A DNA stretch of 47,446 nt from Candidatus Fervidifonticultor secundus. GTDB lineage: Bacteria > Sysuimicrobiota > Sysuimicrobiia > Sysuimicrobiales > Humicultoraceae. The stretch is taken from positions 1-47,446 of the forward strand of contig JAVKIP010000022.1 in the NCBI GenBank assembly GCA_031459385.1. The letters are read 5' to 3'. Position numbers and translations under genes: made by a program. Shown here in pieces: positions 39,084 to 47,446 of the stretch (positions are counted from its first letter, which is position 1; the number at the start of each line of letters is the position of its first letter). Under the pieces are notes generated by a model, which was given only the letters and a program-made list of their open reading frames with translations, did not search any database and was not told the DNA's origin.

Positions 39084-40142
39084 TCAGAACAGCGGAAGTT
39101 GCGCAGCGGTCGGGCGATCCTGCAGGGCCGCGCCATCCGATGCCGACGCCCGCGCGGCCGTGCTCGGCGGGTCTGCCCGCGAAGCCCTGCTCGGCAGGTC
39201 TGCCCGCGGTGCGAACCCCGCCCGGCGCTTGATCGCGGCCACCACCTCCTGCACGCGGCGCTGATAGGCCCCTGGCGCGTACTTGCCGCGATAGAGCGTC
39301 TCGTACCCGGGCACGAGCTCCGGGTGCCAGCGCTGGAGGTACTGGAAGAAGGCCTGGCGGGTGACGTCGCCCAGGTGCAGGGTGTTGGTCCACAGCCACC
39401 GGGCACCGTTGGCCCGCGCCGCGTCGACGACCGCCGCCAGGTGATCAGGCGCGTCGGTCAGCCCCGGCAACACCGGGGCCAGCAGCACCCCGACCGGGAT
39501 GCCGGCCTCGGCCAGCGCGCGCAACGCGTCGAGCCGCCGGCGCGGGGGCGGCACGTCGGGCTCGATCTCGCGTGCCAGCGCGGCGTCCACCGTGGCGATG
39601 CTGAGGCAGACCGTCGCACCGGGCCCGTCGGCCAGCTGGCGGAGCAGGTCGCGGTCGCGGACGACCATGGTGGATCGGGTGACGACGCTGGCCGGCGTGC
39701 GGAAGTCGCGGAGGGCCTCCAGGATCTGGCGGGTGAGCCGGTAGACGCCCTCGGCCGGCTGGTAGGGGTCGGTCGCCGTGCCGATGTGGACCTCCTCGCG
39801 CGCCCACCCGGGACGGGCCAGCTCGCAACGCAGCACGGCCGGCGCGTTGACCTTGACGAAGATCCGCGTCCCCCAGTCCGCCACACCGTCCTGGTCGAGG
39901 AACCAGTGAGTCCGGCGGGCGTAACAGAAGACGCACCGGTGCTGGCAACCCCGGTAGGGGTTGATCGACCAGCGGAATGGCATGCCCTGGACGCGGTTGA
40001 GGACGGACCTGGCCTCGACCTCGACCCACTCCACCTGCGGGGTCACGCGGACGGCCGTCGGGCGGAAGAGGCGCACGCGGCGGCCCATCGGCTCATCGGG
40101 CGCACGTGCGAGCTTCACCGGGCCGCAGAGCGTGACGCTCAT
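39084..40142 (-). CDS. Radical SAM protein, SPL-like/Rv2578c family (DNA-repair associated)
   Basis: WSINPYRGCQHRCVFCYAR (CX3CX2C), IFVKVNA, GTATDPYQPAE and a C-terminal QLPLF clamp-binding-like motif. Confidence 0.92.
   Translation of the reverse strand: MSVTLCGPVKLARAPDEPMGRRVRLFRPTAVRVTPQVEWVEVEARSVLNRVQGMPFRWSINPYRGCQHRCVFCYARRTHWFLDQDGVADWGTRIFVKVNAPAVLRCELARPGWAREEVHIGTATDPYQPAEGVYRLTRQILEALRDFRTPASVVTRSTMVVRDRDLLRQLADGPGATVCLSIATVDAALAREIEPDVPPPRRRLDALRALAEAGIPVGVLLAPVLPGLTDAPDHLAAVVDAARANGARWLWTNTLHLGDVTRQAFFQYLQRWHPELVPGYETLYRGKYAPGAYQRRVQEVVAAIKRRAGFAPRADLPSRASRADPPSTAARASASDGAALQDRPTAAQLPLF
39161..39208. repeat. Short direct repeat (21-bp unit, 27-bp period) in the radical SAM C-terminus
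   Basis: TGCTCGGCGGGTCTGCCCGCG and TGCTCGGCAGGTCTGCCCGCG. Confidence 0.7.
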
Positions 40143-40148
40143 GCCCTC

Positions 40149-40177
40149 AGAATATGCGAACATATGTTTGGCGTCAA
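40149..40177 (-). promoter_or_regulatory. Promoter TTGACG-N17-TATTCT with a LexA (SOS) box in the spacer
   Basis: CGAAC-ATAT-GTTTG at 40157-40170 matches the GAAC-N4-GTTY box. The ATG lies 6 nt after the -10. Confidence 0.82.
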
Positions 40178-40275
40178 GCGCCCCGCCAGCCATCGCGCGC
40201 CATACACCGGCCGAGAGAACGTCGGCGCCCCGCGGATGCGCCGCGGGGCGCCGGCTGGCTACTCGCCCGGTCGCG

Positions 40276-41679
40276 CTACATCAGCCCGCGCTGCTTCCAC
40301 TTGGCCCAGATCGGCTTCATCTGGGCCTCGGCCCACCTGGCGGCGTCCTCTGGCGACATCTTGTCGGTGCACACCTGCGCGAACATCTGCGGGATGATGA
40401 ACGTGTCGAACGCCTCCCCCTCGGCGGCGTTGGCATAGCCGGGGTGCCCGACGTTGGTGCTCCACTGGTGGGCGGTGAGCAGCTCCCGGTATTTGTTCGG
40501 GTTGCCCTCTCGTGCCGCCGCCGGATCGTTCAGGACCGCCGCCCGCAGCTGGTCGGCCGGTACGGTGTTGGTGAACGATGGGAACTCGTAGAGCTCGGCC
40601 GCCTTGAACGCCCGGCCCCAGTTGTTGATGAAATCCACCAGGAACTGCTTGGCCAGGCGCTTGCGCTCCGCGGGCAGGAACCGCCAGATGGTGTAGACCA
40701 GCATGACGTGCTCGGCACCCAGCCGCTTGCCGCCCAGCATCTGCGGGCCGCGGGGGGGCTTCCAGATCTGGATCTTGGGCGACAGCTCCGGGAACTCTTT
40801 CTCGGCCGTCCGGGCGATGGAGATGGCGTTGTACACGTAGGACACCTTCCCGGCCAGCATCGCCCGGTTGTTGGACGACGCGTCCCAGGCCAGGACCTCG
40901 GGATCCATCGCCTCTTTGAACAGCGCCCGGGTGAACTTCAACGCCTCCACGGTGTTCTTGCTGTTGATCACCACCTCGTGGTTGGCGTTCTGGGTGGTGG
41001 CGCCGAACGACCACATGATATCCCGCAACGCCATGTTGGCATCGATGTCGTTACTGATGCCCAGCCCCACCGGCACGCCCCGAGCCTTGAGCTTGCGGCC
41101 GGCCTGCAGCACGTTGTCCCACGAGTCGGGCACGAACCCCACCTCGTCCCACAGGTCCTTGCGGTAGTGGGCGGGGTCGGGTACCCACGAGTTCGACAGC
41201 CCGAACCACTTCTTGGTCTTGGGGTTGTACGAGCTACGCTTGGCGAGCTCGATGATCCCGTACTTCTTCACCAGCGGCTCGACGATGTCGGTGAGGTCTT
41301 CCACCTCGGGCTCGAACACCGACGGCGGCGAGATGTGCTGGTAGAGATCGTGCCCGCTGCGGGCTGCCACCTCGGCCGCAGCGCGCGCGGGGATCTGGCC
41401 GAAGGGGATGTGGTCCACGACGACCTCGACGCTGTTGGCGCGGCCCCATTCCTTCACATACTCGTTGTCGAACCACCGGTCGTAGCCCGGCACGAAGTGC
41501 GACCAGTGGAGGATCGTGAGCCGCCGCTGCTGCGCCAGCAGCACCTGCACGTTGGCGAACGGCGATAGCCTGGCGGCCGCCGCACCCGCCGCTGTGAGCT
41601 TGAGGAAGTCACGACGGGAGACGCGCCGCCAGCGCCCGTGGTCTACCTGCACCCACCGTTCCTCAGTGTGACCGTCCAC
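40276..41679 (-). CDS. Tat-exported carbohydrate ABC substrate-binding protein
   Basis: SRRDFLK Tat motif, WSHFVPGYD, YRKDLW and WDASSNN. GAGG RBS. Confidence 0.9.
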   Translation of the reverse strand: MDGHTEERWVQVDHGRWRRVSRRDFLKLTAAGAAAARLSPFANVQVLLAQQRRLTILHWSHFVPGYDRWFDNEYVKEWGRANSVEVVVDHIPFGQIPARAAAEVAARSGHDLYQHISPPSVFEPEVEDLTDIVEPLVKKYGIIELAKRSSYNPKTKKWFGLSNSWVPDPAHYRKDLWDEVGFVPDSWDNVLQAGRKLKARGVPVGLGISNDIDANMALRDIMWSFGATTQNANHEVVINSKNTVEALKFTRALFKEAMDPEVLAWDASSNNRAMLAGKVSYVYNAISIARTAEKEFPELSPKIQIWKPPRGPQMLGGKRLGAEHVMLVYTIWRFLPAERKRLAKQFLVDFINNWGRAFKAAELYEFPSFTNTVPADQLRAAVLNDPAAAREGNPNKYRELLTAHQWSTNVGHPGYANAAEGEAFDTFIIPQMFAQVCTDKMSPEDAARWAEAQMKPIWAKWKQRGLM

Positions 41680-41733
41680 GTATCCTCACCCCCTCGAGTG
41701 GTCCGCGCCCCTGGCGCGGCTGCCGTCGGCCTC

Positions 41734-42609
41734 CTATTTGAAGGCCCCTGCCGTGAGTCCTGCGATGAACCGGTCCAGGAACAGACTGTAGAGCACCGCC
41801 GCCGGCACGCTGGCCACCAGCGCCCCGGCCATCAGCGACCCCCAGTAGAACACGTCGCCGCGGATCAGGTCGGTGGGCACCCCGATGCCCACGGTCTTCA
41901 TCGCCGACGGCGAGATGAACGTCAGCGCGTAAACGAACTCCTGCATCGACAGCGTGAACGCGAAGATGACCACCGTCAGGATCCCCGCGACCGAGACGGG
42001 CAGGACGACTCGCCACAGCGCCTGCAGGCGGGTGCACCCGTCCACCATGGCGGCCTCCTCGAGTTCGGCCGGGATCGACCGGAAGAAGCCCATGAGCAGC
42101 CAGGTGCAGAACGGGATGGTGAACGAGGGATAGACCAGGATCAACGCCCACAGGTTGTCCTGCAGGCGCAGCCCGGCGATCACGCGGGAGAGCGGGATGA
42201 ACAGCAGCGACGGCGGCACCAGGTACGTCAGGAAGATGCCCATGCTGAGCCGCCGCCCCCACCGCCCCGTCAGCCGGGCCAGGCTGTAGCCCGCCGGGAC
42301 GGCCGCCAGCAGCGTGATGACCACGACCACCGCCGCCACGAACCCGGTGTTGGCGAGCCATCGCGAGAACAGCGTGCCCTCGAAGAGCAGGCGCACGTGG
42401 TCCAGGGTGGGCGGCGCGTTGAAGATGAAGGGGTTGTGCTTGACGTTGTAGAGGTCGCTGTTCTGCTTGAACGCCGTGATGAGCATCCACAGGAACGGGA
42501 ACGCCGCGAAGAAGGTGAACCAGGCCACCGAGATGGCCAGGGCGATACGGCCCAGCGCCCGCTGCACCGAGACCGACCGCCATGTGAGCGCCCGCGTCGC
42601 GGTGGCCAC
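41734..42609 (-). CDS. Carbohydrate ABC permease (MalG-like)
   Basis: EAA loop GFFRSIPAELEEAAMVDG and C-terminal FIAGLTAGAFK. Confidence 0.93.
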   Translation of the reverse strand: MATATRALTWRSVSVQRALGRIALAISVAWFTFFAAFPFLWMLITAFKQNSDLYNVKHNPFIFNAPPTLDHVRLLFEGTLFSRWLANTGFVAAVVVVITLLAAVPAGYSLARLTGRWGRRLSMGIFLTYLVPPSLLFIPLSRVIAGLRLQDNLWALILVYPSFTIPFCTWLLMGFFRSIPAELEEAAMVDGCTRLQALWRVVLPVSVAGILTVVIFAFTLSMQEFVYALTFISPSAMKTVGIGVPTDLIRGDVFYWGSLMAGALVASVPAAVLYSLFLDRFIAGLTAGAFK

Positions 42610-42612
42610 GTG

Positions 42613-43578
42613 CTATACCCCGGTTTCCGCCCGGGCGGCGACGCGCAGCATGGTGATGGCCCCCGCCAGCAGCACCGGCAGCAGGAACAGCGCGACCGCC
42701 GCACCCTGAGCCAGGTCGCCGGCGATGATGCCCACCTGGAACGCCCAGCTGGACAGGACGTGCGTGGTGTTGAACGGCCCGCCGCTGGTCAGAATGTAGA
42801 CGACGCCCATGTCGGTGAAGGTGAACACCGTGCCGAACAGCACTGCGATAATCAGGATCGGCTTCAGCATGGGGAGCAGGATGTGAAACAGGCGCTGGAA
42901 GAATCCGGCGCCGTCCACCGCCGCCGCGTCCATGACTTCCTGGGGAATGGACGTCAGGCCGGCCAGGATCACCACCGCCGAGAACGGGAACGTCCGCCAC
43001 ACGTGCACCATGATCACGGCGGCCATGGCCAGATGCGGCACGCCCAGCCACTGGGGGAAGTCGGTGGGGCCCAGGATGTTGACCGCCCGCAGCATCCAGT
43101 TGACCACGCTGTAGAGCGAGTCGAACATCCACTTCCAGGCGATGGCGGCCAGCGAGATCGGCGTCGCCCAGGGCAGCAGGATCAGGAACCGCACGAGCCC
43201 CCGACCCGGGAACCGCTGCTGGAGCGTGAGGGCCAGGATATTGCCGAAGACGATGACTAGGACCTGGGCGATGATGGTGAAGATGAACGTGTTGGCCAGC
43301 GCCGAGCGGAAGATGGTGTTCTGCATCGCCCGGATGAAGTTGGCCGGCCCGACGAACTCGAACGTCTGCGACCCGGTGGTGGCGTTGCTGAAGGCCAGGT
43401 AGATGGCGAAGAGCAGCGGTGCTCCCACCAGCAGCACGATGTAGAGGGCCGCCGGCGCCAGCAACAACGGCCCCAGCAGCCGCTCACCGTGCAGCCACGC
43501 GCGGGGGCCGCTGCGGGTGGGGATCCGGACCGCCGACCGGACCGCGCCGCCCATGACCGGGGCTCGTGGTTCCTCCAT
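42613..43578 (-). CDS. Carbohydrate ABC permease (MalF-like); start approximate
   Basis: FVGPANF, LLPWATP, W.TFPF and LAGLTSIPQEVMDAAAVDGA. Confidence 0.92.
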   Translation of the reverse strand: MEEPRAPVMGGAVRSAVRIPTRSGPRAWLHGERLLGPLLLAPAALYIVLLVGAPLLFAIYLAFSNATTGSQTFEFVGPANFIRAMQNTIFRSALANTFIFTIIAQVLVIVFGNILALTLQQRFPGRGLVRFLILLPWATPISLAAIAWKWMFDSLYSVVNWMLRAVNILGPTDFPQWLGVPHLAMAAVIMVHVWRTFPFSAVVILAGLTSIPQEVMDAAAVDGAGFFQRLFHILLPMLKPILIIAVLFGTVFTFTDMGVVYILTSGGPFNTTHVLSSWAFQVGIIAGDLAQGAAVALFLLPVLLAGAITMLRVAARAETGV

Positions 43579-43725
43579 GCACGCTCCCAGACGACACCAG
43601 GCCGCGGCCAGCCGCCGCGGATGGCCCTCTAGCAATTGGGCGGCCGCTGGCGATTCCCTGCTACTCGGCCACCGGCGGCCGGCCCGGGGGGACGGGCGGC
43701 CGTCGCCGCCGAATGTCGTGGTGTC

Positions 43726-44670
43726 GTGCGTATCGTCTCGCTGACGCTGCCCACGCCGTTCCCGGTGGGGCCGGTCAACGCCTACCTGCTCCCCGGGCCG
43801 CCGGTGACGCTCGTGGACTGCGGCCCCAAAACCGACGAGGCCCTGGCGGCGCTGGAGGCCGGCCTGCGAACGGCCGGGACCCGTCTGGAGGCGATCGAGC
43901 GCCTGGTCCTCACCCACGGGCACCTGGACCACTTCGGTCTGGCCGCCACGGTGGCCGCAGCCAGCGGCGCCCGGATCTTCGCGCATGCGGCCGAGGTGCC
44001 CAAGCTGACCGGCGACCGATCGTTCGTTGGCCCGGCGCGCGCCCTGATCGCGGATGCCGGCTTCCCTCCCGATGTCGCTGACCGGTGGCTGGAGGTCATG
44101 CGCGGCTACCGGCGGCAGCTGGACCGCATCGCCCCCACCGACCTGCTGGGCGACGGCGACCGGCTCGCGCTGGCGGACGGCACCCTCGAGGTCCTGCACA
44201 CGCCGGGGCACGCCCAGGGGCACCTCTGCCTGTGGGACGGGCACGTGCTGATCGCCGGCGATCTGCTCCTGGAGGAGATCAGCCCCAACCCGCTGGTCGA
44301 GTTCGACGCGGCCGGGCGACGGTTGCGGACGCTGCCGGCCTACCTGCGGTCGCTGCGACGCGTGGCGGCATTGAATCCTTCAGTGGCGTATCCGGGCCAT
44401 GGCGACCCACTGCCGGCACCCGCCGCGCGCGCCCTGGAGATCATCCAGCACCACGAGGCCCGCAAGGAGGCCCTGGCCGCGCTCCTCGCCGGGCGCCGGT
44501 GGACCGTGCGTGAGCTGATCGCCGCCTGGTTCCCCACCCTCGATCCGCGCAACCTCTATCTGGCGATCTCGGAGGTTGCGGGGCACCTCGACCTGCTCGA
44601 CGAGGAAGGCCGCCTGGCGGTCGAGCGCCAGGGAGACGTCTCCTATTACACGCAGGCCACCGCGGCCTGA
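43726..44670 (+). CDS. Metallo-beta-lactamase-fold hydrolase with C-terminal winged helix
   Basis: VGPVNAYL, LVDCG, THGHLDHFG, HTPGHAQGH, AGDLLL and YPGHG. Confidence 0.92.
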   Translation: MRIVSLTLPTPFPVGPVNAYLLPGPPVTLVDCGPKTDEALAALEAGLRTAGTRLEAIERLVLTHGHLDHFGLAATVAAASGARIFAHAAEVPKLTGDRSFVGPARALIADAGFPPDVADRWLEVMRGYRRQLDRIAPTDLLGDGDRLALADGTLEVLHTPGHAQGHLCLWDGHVLIAGDLLLEEISPNPLVEFDAAGRRLRTLPAYLRSLRRVAALNPSVAYPGHGDPLPAPAARALEIIQHHEARKEALAALLAGRRWTVRELIAAWFPTLDPRNLYLAISEVAGHLDLLDEEGRLAVERQGDVSYYTQATAA

Positions 44671-44710
44671 CCGCGCCGCCATGGGCGCGCAGGAGGCCTG
44701 ACCGCCGGCC

Positions 44711-46438
44711 ATGGCCCACGGCCGTGTCTTCCTCGATCTGGGGCTCGTCCTCGTGGCGGCGCTCGCCGGGGGCCTGCTCGCGCACGCGCTCCGCCAGCCC
44801 CTGATCGTCGGCTATGTGCTGGCCGGCATCGCTGTGGGGCCGTTTACCCCGGGCCCGACGGTGGCCGATCCTCGATCGTTCGAACTGTTCGCCGAGATCG
44901 GGGTCGTCCTGCTCATGTTCTCCATCGGGATCGAGTTCTCGCTGGACGAGCTACTCCGTGTGCGGCGCGCGGCGCTGGTGGGTGGACCCCTCGGCATCGC
45001 CACGATCCTCCTGCTGACGCTCCCGGTCGGTCGCGCCCTGGGCTGGCCCGTGGTGCAGACCGCAGTGGTGGGGGCGGCGCTCAGCGTGGCGTCCACGATG
45101 GTGGTCCTCAAGTTCCTGCTCGAGCGCGGCGAGCTGCATGCGCCGCACGGGCAGGTCACCCTGGGCGTGACCCTCTTCGAGGACCTGGCCGTCGTGGCCA
45201 TGACCGTGCTCCTGCCGGCGCTGGGTCCGACCGTCGCGCACCGCCCGGCCGCGCTCCTGCGGGGGCTGCTGGTCGCGGCGCTGATCCTGGTGCCGACCCT
45301 GTGGATGGCCCGCCGGGTCGTGCCTCCCCTGTGGACGCGCATCGCCCGCGCGCAGAGCGAGGAGCTCTTCCTGCTGGTCGCCATCGCGGTGGCCATCGGC
45401 ACGGCAGCCCTCACGGCAGGACTGGGCCTCTCACTGGCGCTGGGGGCGTTTCTGGCCGGGCTGGTCATAAGCGAATCAGAGTTTGCCCACGAGGCCCTGG
45501 CCCGCATCCTGCCCATCCGCGACGTGTTCGTCGCCGTGTTCTTCGTCTCGCTGGGCATGCTCATGCGGCCGGCGGTCGTCCTGGCCCAGTGGGCAACGGT
45601 CCTCGCACTGGTGAGCGTGATCGTCGCTGGCAAGTGTGTGGTGTGGACGGGCGTGCTCCGGCTGCTGGGGCTGCGCCTGCGCACCGCTGCCCTGGTCGGC
45701 CTGGCCCTGACACAGATCGGCGAGTTCTCCTACATCCTGGCCGCGGTCGGCCGTGCCGAGGGGATTCTGTCCGGTCAGGTCTACGATGCCATCCTGGCCG
45801 CGTCCCTGGTCTCCATTCTCGTGAACGCAGCGATCTTCCGGCGTACCCCGGGCTGGATCGAGCGGCTCTTGGCACGCCTGGAGCCTGCGGGACCCGTACG
45901 CGACGCGGCGCCACCCCCACCGGGTCACGTGCTCGTCTGCGGATTCGGGCGGATCGGTCGGGCCGTGGTGGACGCCTTGGAGGCGTTCGGGATTCCCTAC
46001 GCCGTGGTGGACCTCGATCCCGACGCCACAGGGGCGGCACGCCGTCGGGGAGCGCACGCGGTCTACGGCAACGCCGCCGACGAGTTGATCCTTGACCGGG
46101 CGGGCGCCGCATCCGCGCGCCTGGCGGTGGTGGCCGTGCCGGACGCCGAGGTCGCTGCCCGGGCCACCCGCACCCTGCGGCGGTTGCGCCCGGACCTGCC
46201 CATCCTGGTCCGGGCGCACCATGAACACCATCGCGACCGCCTGGTCGCCGCCGGGGCGGCTGAGGTCGTTCAGCCCGAGATCGAGGCGGCCCTGACCATC
46301 GTCCGTCACAGCCTCGACCACCTCGGGATCGACCACCATCGTGGCAGGGAGTACCTGGCCCGCGTGCGGGCCGGTGCGCCCAGCACAGGCCAGCGCGGCG
46401 CATCCTCGGGCGCCGATGAGGAGCGGCGTCGCGGTTGA
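44711..46438 (+). CDS. CPA2 cation:proton antiporter with TrkA-N/RCK domain (YbaL/KefB-like)
   Basis: QPLIVGYVLAG, AEIGVVLLMFSIGIEFS, FEDLAV, LGAFLAG, LTQIGEFS and VCGFGRIG. Confidence 0.94.
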   Translation: MAHGRVFLDLGLVLVAALAGGLLAHALRQPLIVGYVLAGIAVGPFTPGPTVADPRSFELFAEIGVVLLMFSIGIEFSLDELLRVRRAALVGGPLGIATILLLTLPVGRALGWPVVQTAVVGAALSVASTMVVLKFLLERGELHAPHGQVTLGVTLFEDLAVVAMTVLLPALGPTVAHRPAALLRGLLVAALILVPTLWMARRVVPPLWTRIARAQSEELFLLVAIAVAIGTAALTAGLGLSLALGAFLAGLVISESEFAHEALARILPIRDVFVAVFFVSLGMLMRPAVVLAQWATVLALVSVIVAGKCVVWTGVLRLLGLRLRTAALVGLALTQIGEFSYILAAVGRAEGILSGQVYDAILAASLVSILVNAAIFRRTPGWIERLLARLEPAGPVRDAAPPPPGHVLVCGFGRIGRAVVDALEAFGIPYAVVDLDPDATGAARRRGAHAVYGNAADELILDRAGAASARLAVVAVPDAEVAARATRTLRRLRPDLPILVRAHHEHHRDRLVAAGAAEVVQPEIEAALTIVRHSLDHLGIDHHRGREYLARVRAGAPSTGQRGASSGADEERRRG

Positions 46439-46542
46439 CGACGGGGAGTCTGTCCGCCTGCGATTCCCTGAACCCGGAATCGGGTGTGGCCATCCACCCG
46501 GTGAGGTGGCGGTCGTTCACATCCGTGTGTACAAAGATTTGT

Positions 46543-46571
46543 TTGACAACCGGCGCCGCATCGCCTACGCT
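46543..46571 (+). promoter_or_regulatory. Sigma70-type promoter TTGACA-N17-TACGCT
   Basis: TTGACA 46543-46548, exact 17-nt spacer, TACGCT 46566-46571, AT-rich sequence upstream. Confidence 0.72.
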
Positions 46572-46733
46572 AAGTGTGTTCTTCGCCGACCGGCTGGGGT
46601 TCCCCAGCTTCCGAGATGCCCTGTCTTGTGAAGCCCTGACCTCTCGGTGACCGGACACAGTACCACCAGCATCGGGCGTGTTGGATTGCCTGCGCGCGGA
46701 CACGCCACTCCGTGAGGAAAGGAGGTCGCCGCC

Positions 46734-46871
46734 ATGAAACGTGCAGTTTTGGGCCTCGTCGTGGGCCTGATGGTACTCCTGGCTCCCCTTCATGTCCTGG
46801 CCAGTGCCGACCCGAGCCCCTGGCCGACCGTTCCGGCCCTGCCGGCCGATCCGCCGGGCGTCAACTCGTAG
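46734..46871 (+). CDS. Small secreted peptide (45 aa), unknown function
   Basis: AAAGGAGGT RBS. MKRAVLGLVVGLMVLLAPLHVLA|SADPSPWPTVPALPADPPGVNS*. Too short to appear in the ORF track. Confidence 0.78.
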   Translation: MKRAVLGLVVGLMVLLAPLHVLASADPSPWPTVPALPADPPGVNS

Positions 46872-46896
46872 CACCACGCTGACGGCCAGCCGCGCG

Positions 46897-46931
46897 CCGC
46901 GGGGAGGGGCACGGTGCAACCCTCCCTGCGG
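46897..46931 (+). terminator. 12-bp hairpin downstream of the 45-aa peptide gene
   Basis: CCGCGGGGAGGG...CCCTCCCTGCGG, with one G-U on the plus strand. Confidence 0.55.
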
Positions 46932-47073
46932 GGCTGGCCGCAGCGGACCGCAGGGCGCGTCGCGCTTGAACAGCGGTGAGTACTGCGGCGAGCCGGACCC
47001 CCTCGGTCGTGCCCGGCGACCCACCGGGACGCGGCCGGCGCAGGCGAACTCGAGATGGGCGTATGCGGCATAG

Positions 47074-47340
47074 CCTTCAAATGGCGCAATAAATGGCAAG
47101 GCGGGCGAGGTCGTTGGACGCATTCTCGAATCGATCAAGCCTGAGACAGCCTACTTCACCGAGCAAGACGGGAAACGCGGCGGAATCTTCGTGATTGATG
47201 TAAGAACACCATCGGATGTGCCCTGCTTTGCAGAGCCATTCTTTCTCAACTTTGCAGCTTCCTGCAAATTCCGCATACTGATGAGCCCCGAGGATCTGCA
47301 AAAGGCTAGGCTGGAGGAGCTTGACAAGAAATGGGCATCA
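47074..47340 (+). pseudogene. 5'-degraded small conserved protein (GYD/DUF3303-like), lower GC
   Basis: GKAGEVVGRILESIKPETAYFTEQDGKRGGIFVIDV..PSDVPCFAEPFFLNF..MSPEDL. In-frame TAG at 47071 and no start codon; now reads through to 47409. Confidence 0.65.
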
Positions 47341-47345
47341 TATCC

Positions 47346-47424
47346 GCCTGATCCTGCGCTCCAGCCGACCGGCTACAGCCAGGGTCGCTGGCTTCCGCCG
47401 TCGGACTGAGCTTCGACGTCGGAC
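47346..47424 (+). mobile_element. Degenerate integron attC site (79 bp)
   Basis: R'' GCCTGAT, 5 nt, L'' GCTCCAG ... L' CTGAGC, 6 nt, R' GTCGGAC. L''/L' pair with one extrahelical base; inner pairs CCGAC/GTCGG and AGCCAG/CTGGCT. Confidence 0.68.
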
Positions 47425-47446
47425 GGCAGAGAGATCGGTTGAGATA

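Noticed and set aside
46516..46533. TTCACA-TCCG-TGTGTA palindrome as a Rex or CRP site
   Set aside because: The half-sites are in the opposite orientation to those consensus motifs. It may bind another factor but cannot be assigned.

Overview
High-GC bacterial chromosomal window. A GAAC-N4-GTTY SOS box and sigma70-type promoters fit a Terrabacteria lineage; the taxon cannot be fixed from sequence alone. Positions 1-6.4 kb are a decaying accessory patch: a VOC gene, a frameshifted cupin, an IS1380 remnant, an IS481-like element split by an intact ISL3, a 5'-truncated TolB-like gene, a broken integrase-core transposase and an IS701-like end sitting on the lemA stop codon. Next come lemA, a DUF151 gene and a metal operon (Tat-exported two-domain multicopper oxidase, ZIP transporter, DtxR/MntR regulator) with a tandem palindromic operator. 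A glutaredoxin-like gene with an in-frame UGA (UxxC, SECIS-like hairpin), missed by the ORF track, is coupled to a CoA-binding gene. The rest is mostly metabolic: pgi-gnd-zwf (Zwf has D->A in RIDHYLGKE), a CDF transporter, fadN-fadA-fadE-acyl-CoA ligase, a creatininase-family/FAD-oxidoreductase pair, divergent korAB, a LIV-type ABC system with a second acyl-CoA synthetase, DinB, SDR, a probably LexA-controlled leaderless radical SAM gene, a sugar ABC system, an MBL hydrolase and a CPA2 antiporter. The window ends with an unannotated 45-aa secreted peptide in its own transcription unit and a degenerate integron attC cassette. No CRISPR, rRNA or tRNA was seen. All family calls come from motif recognition, not database searches.
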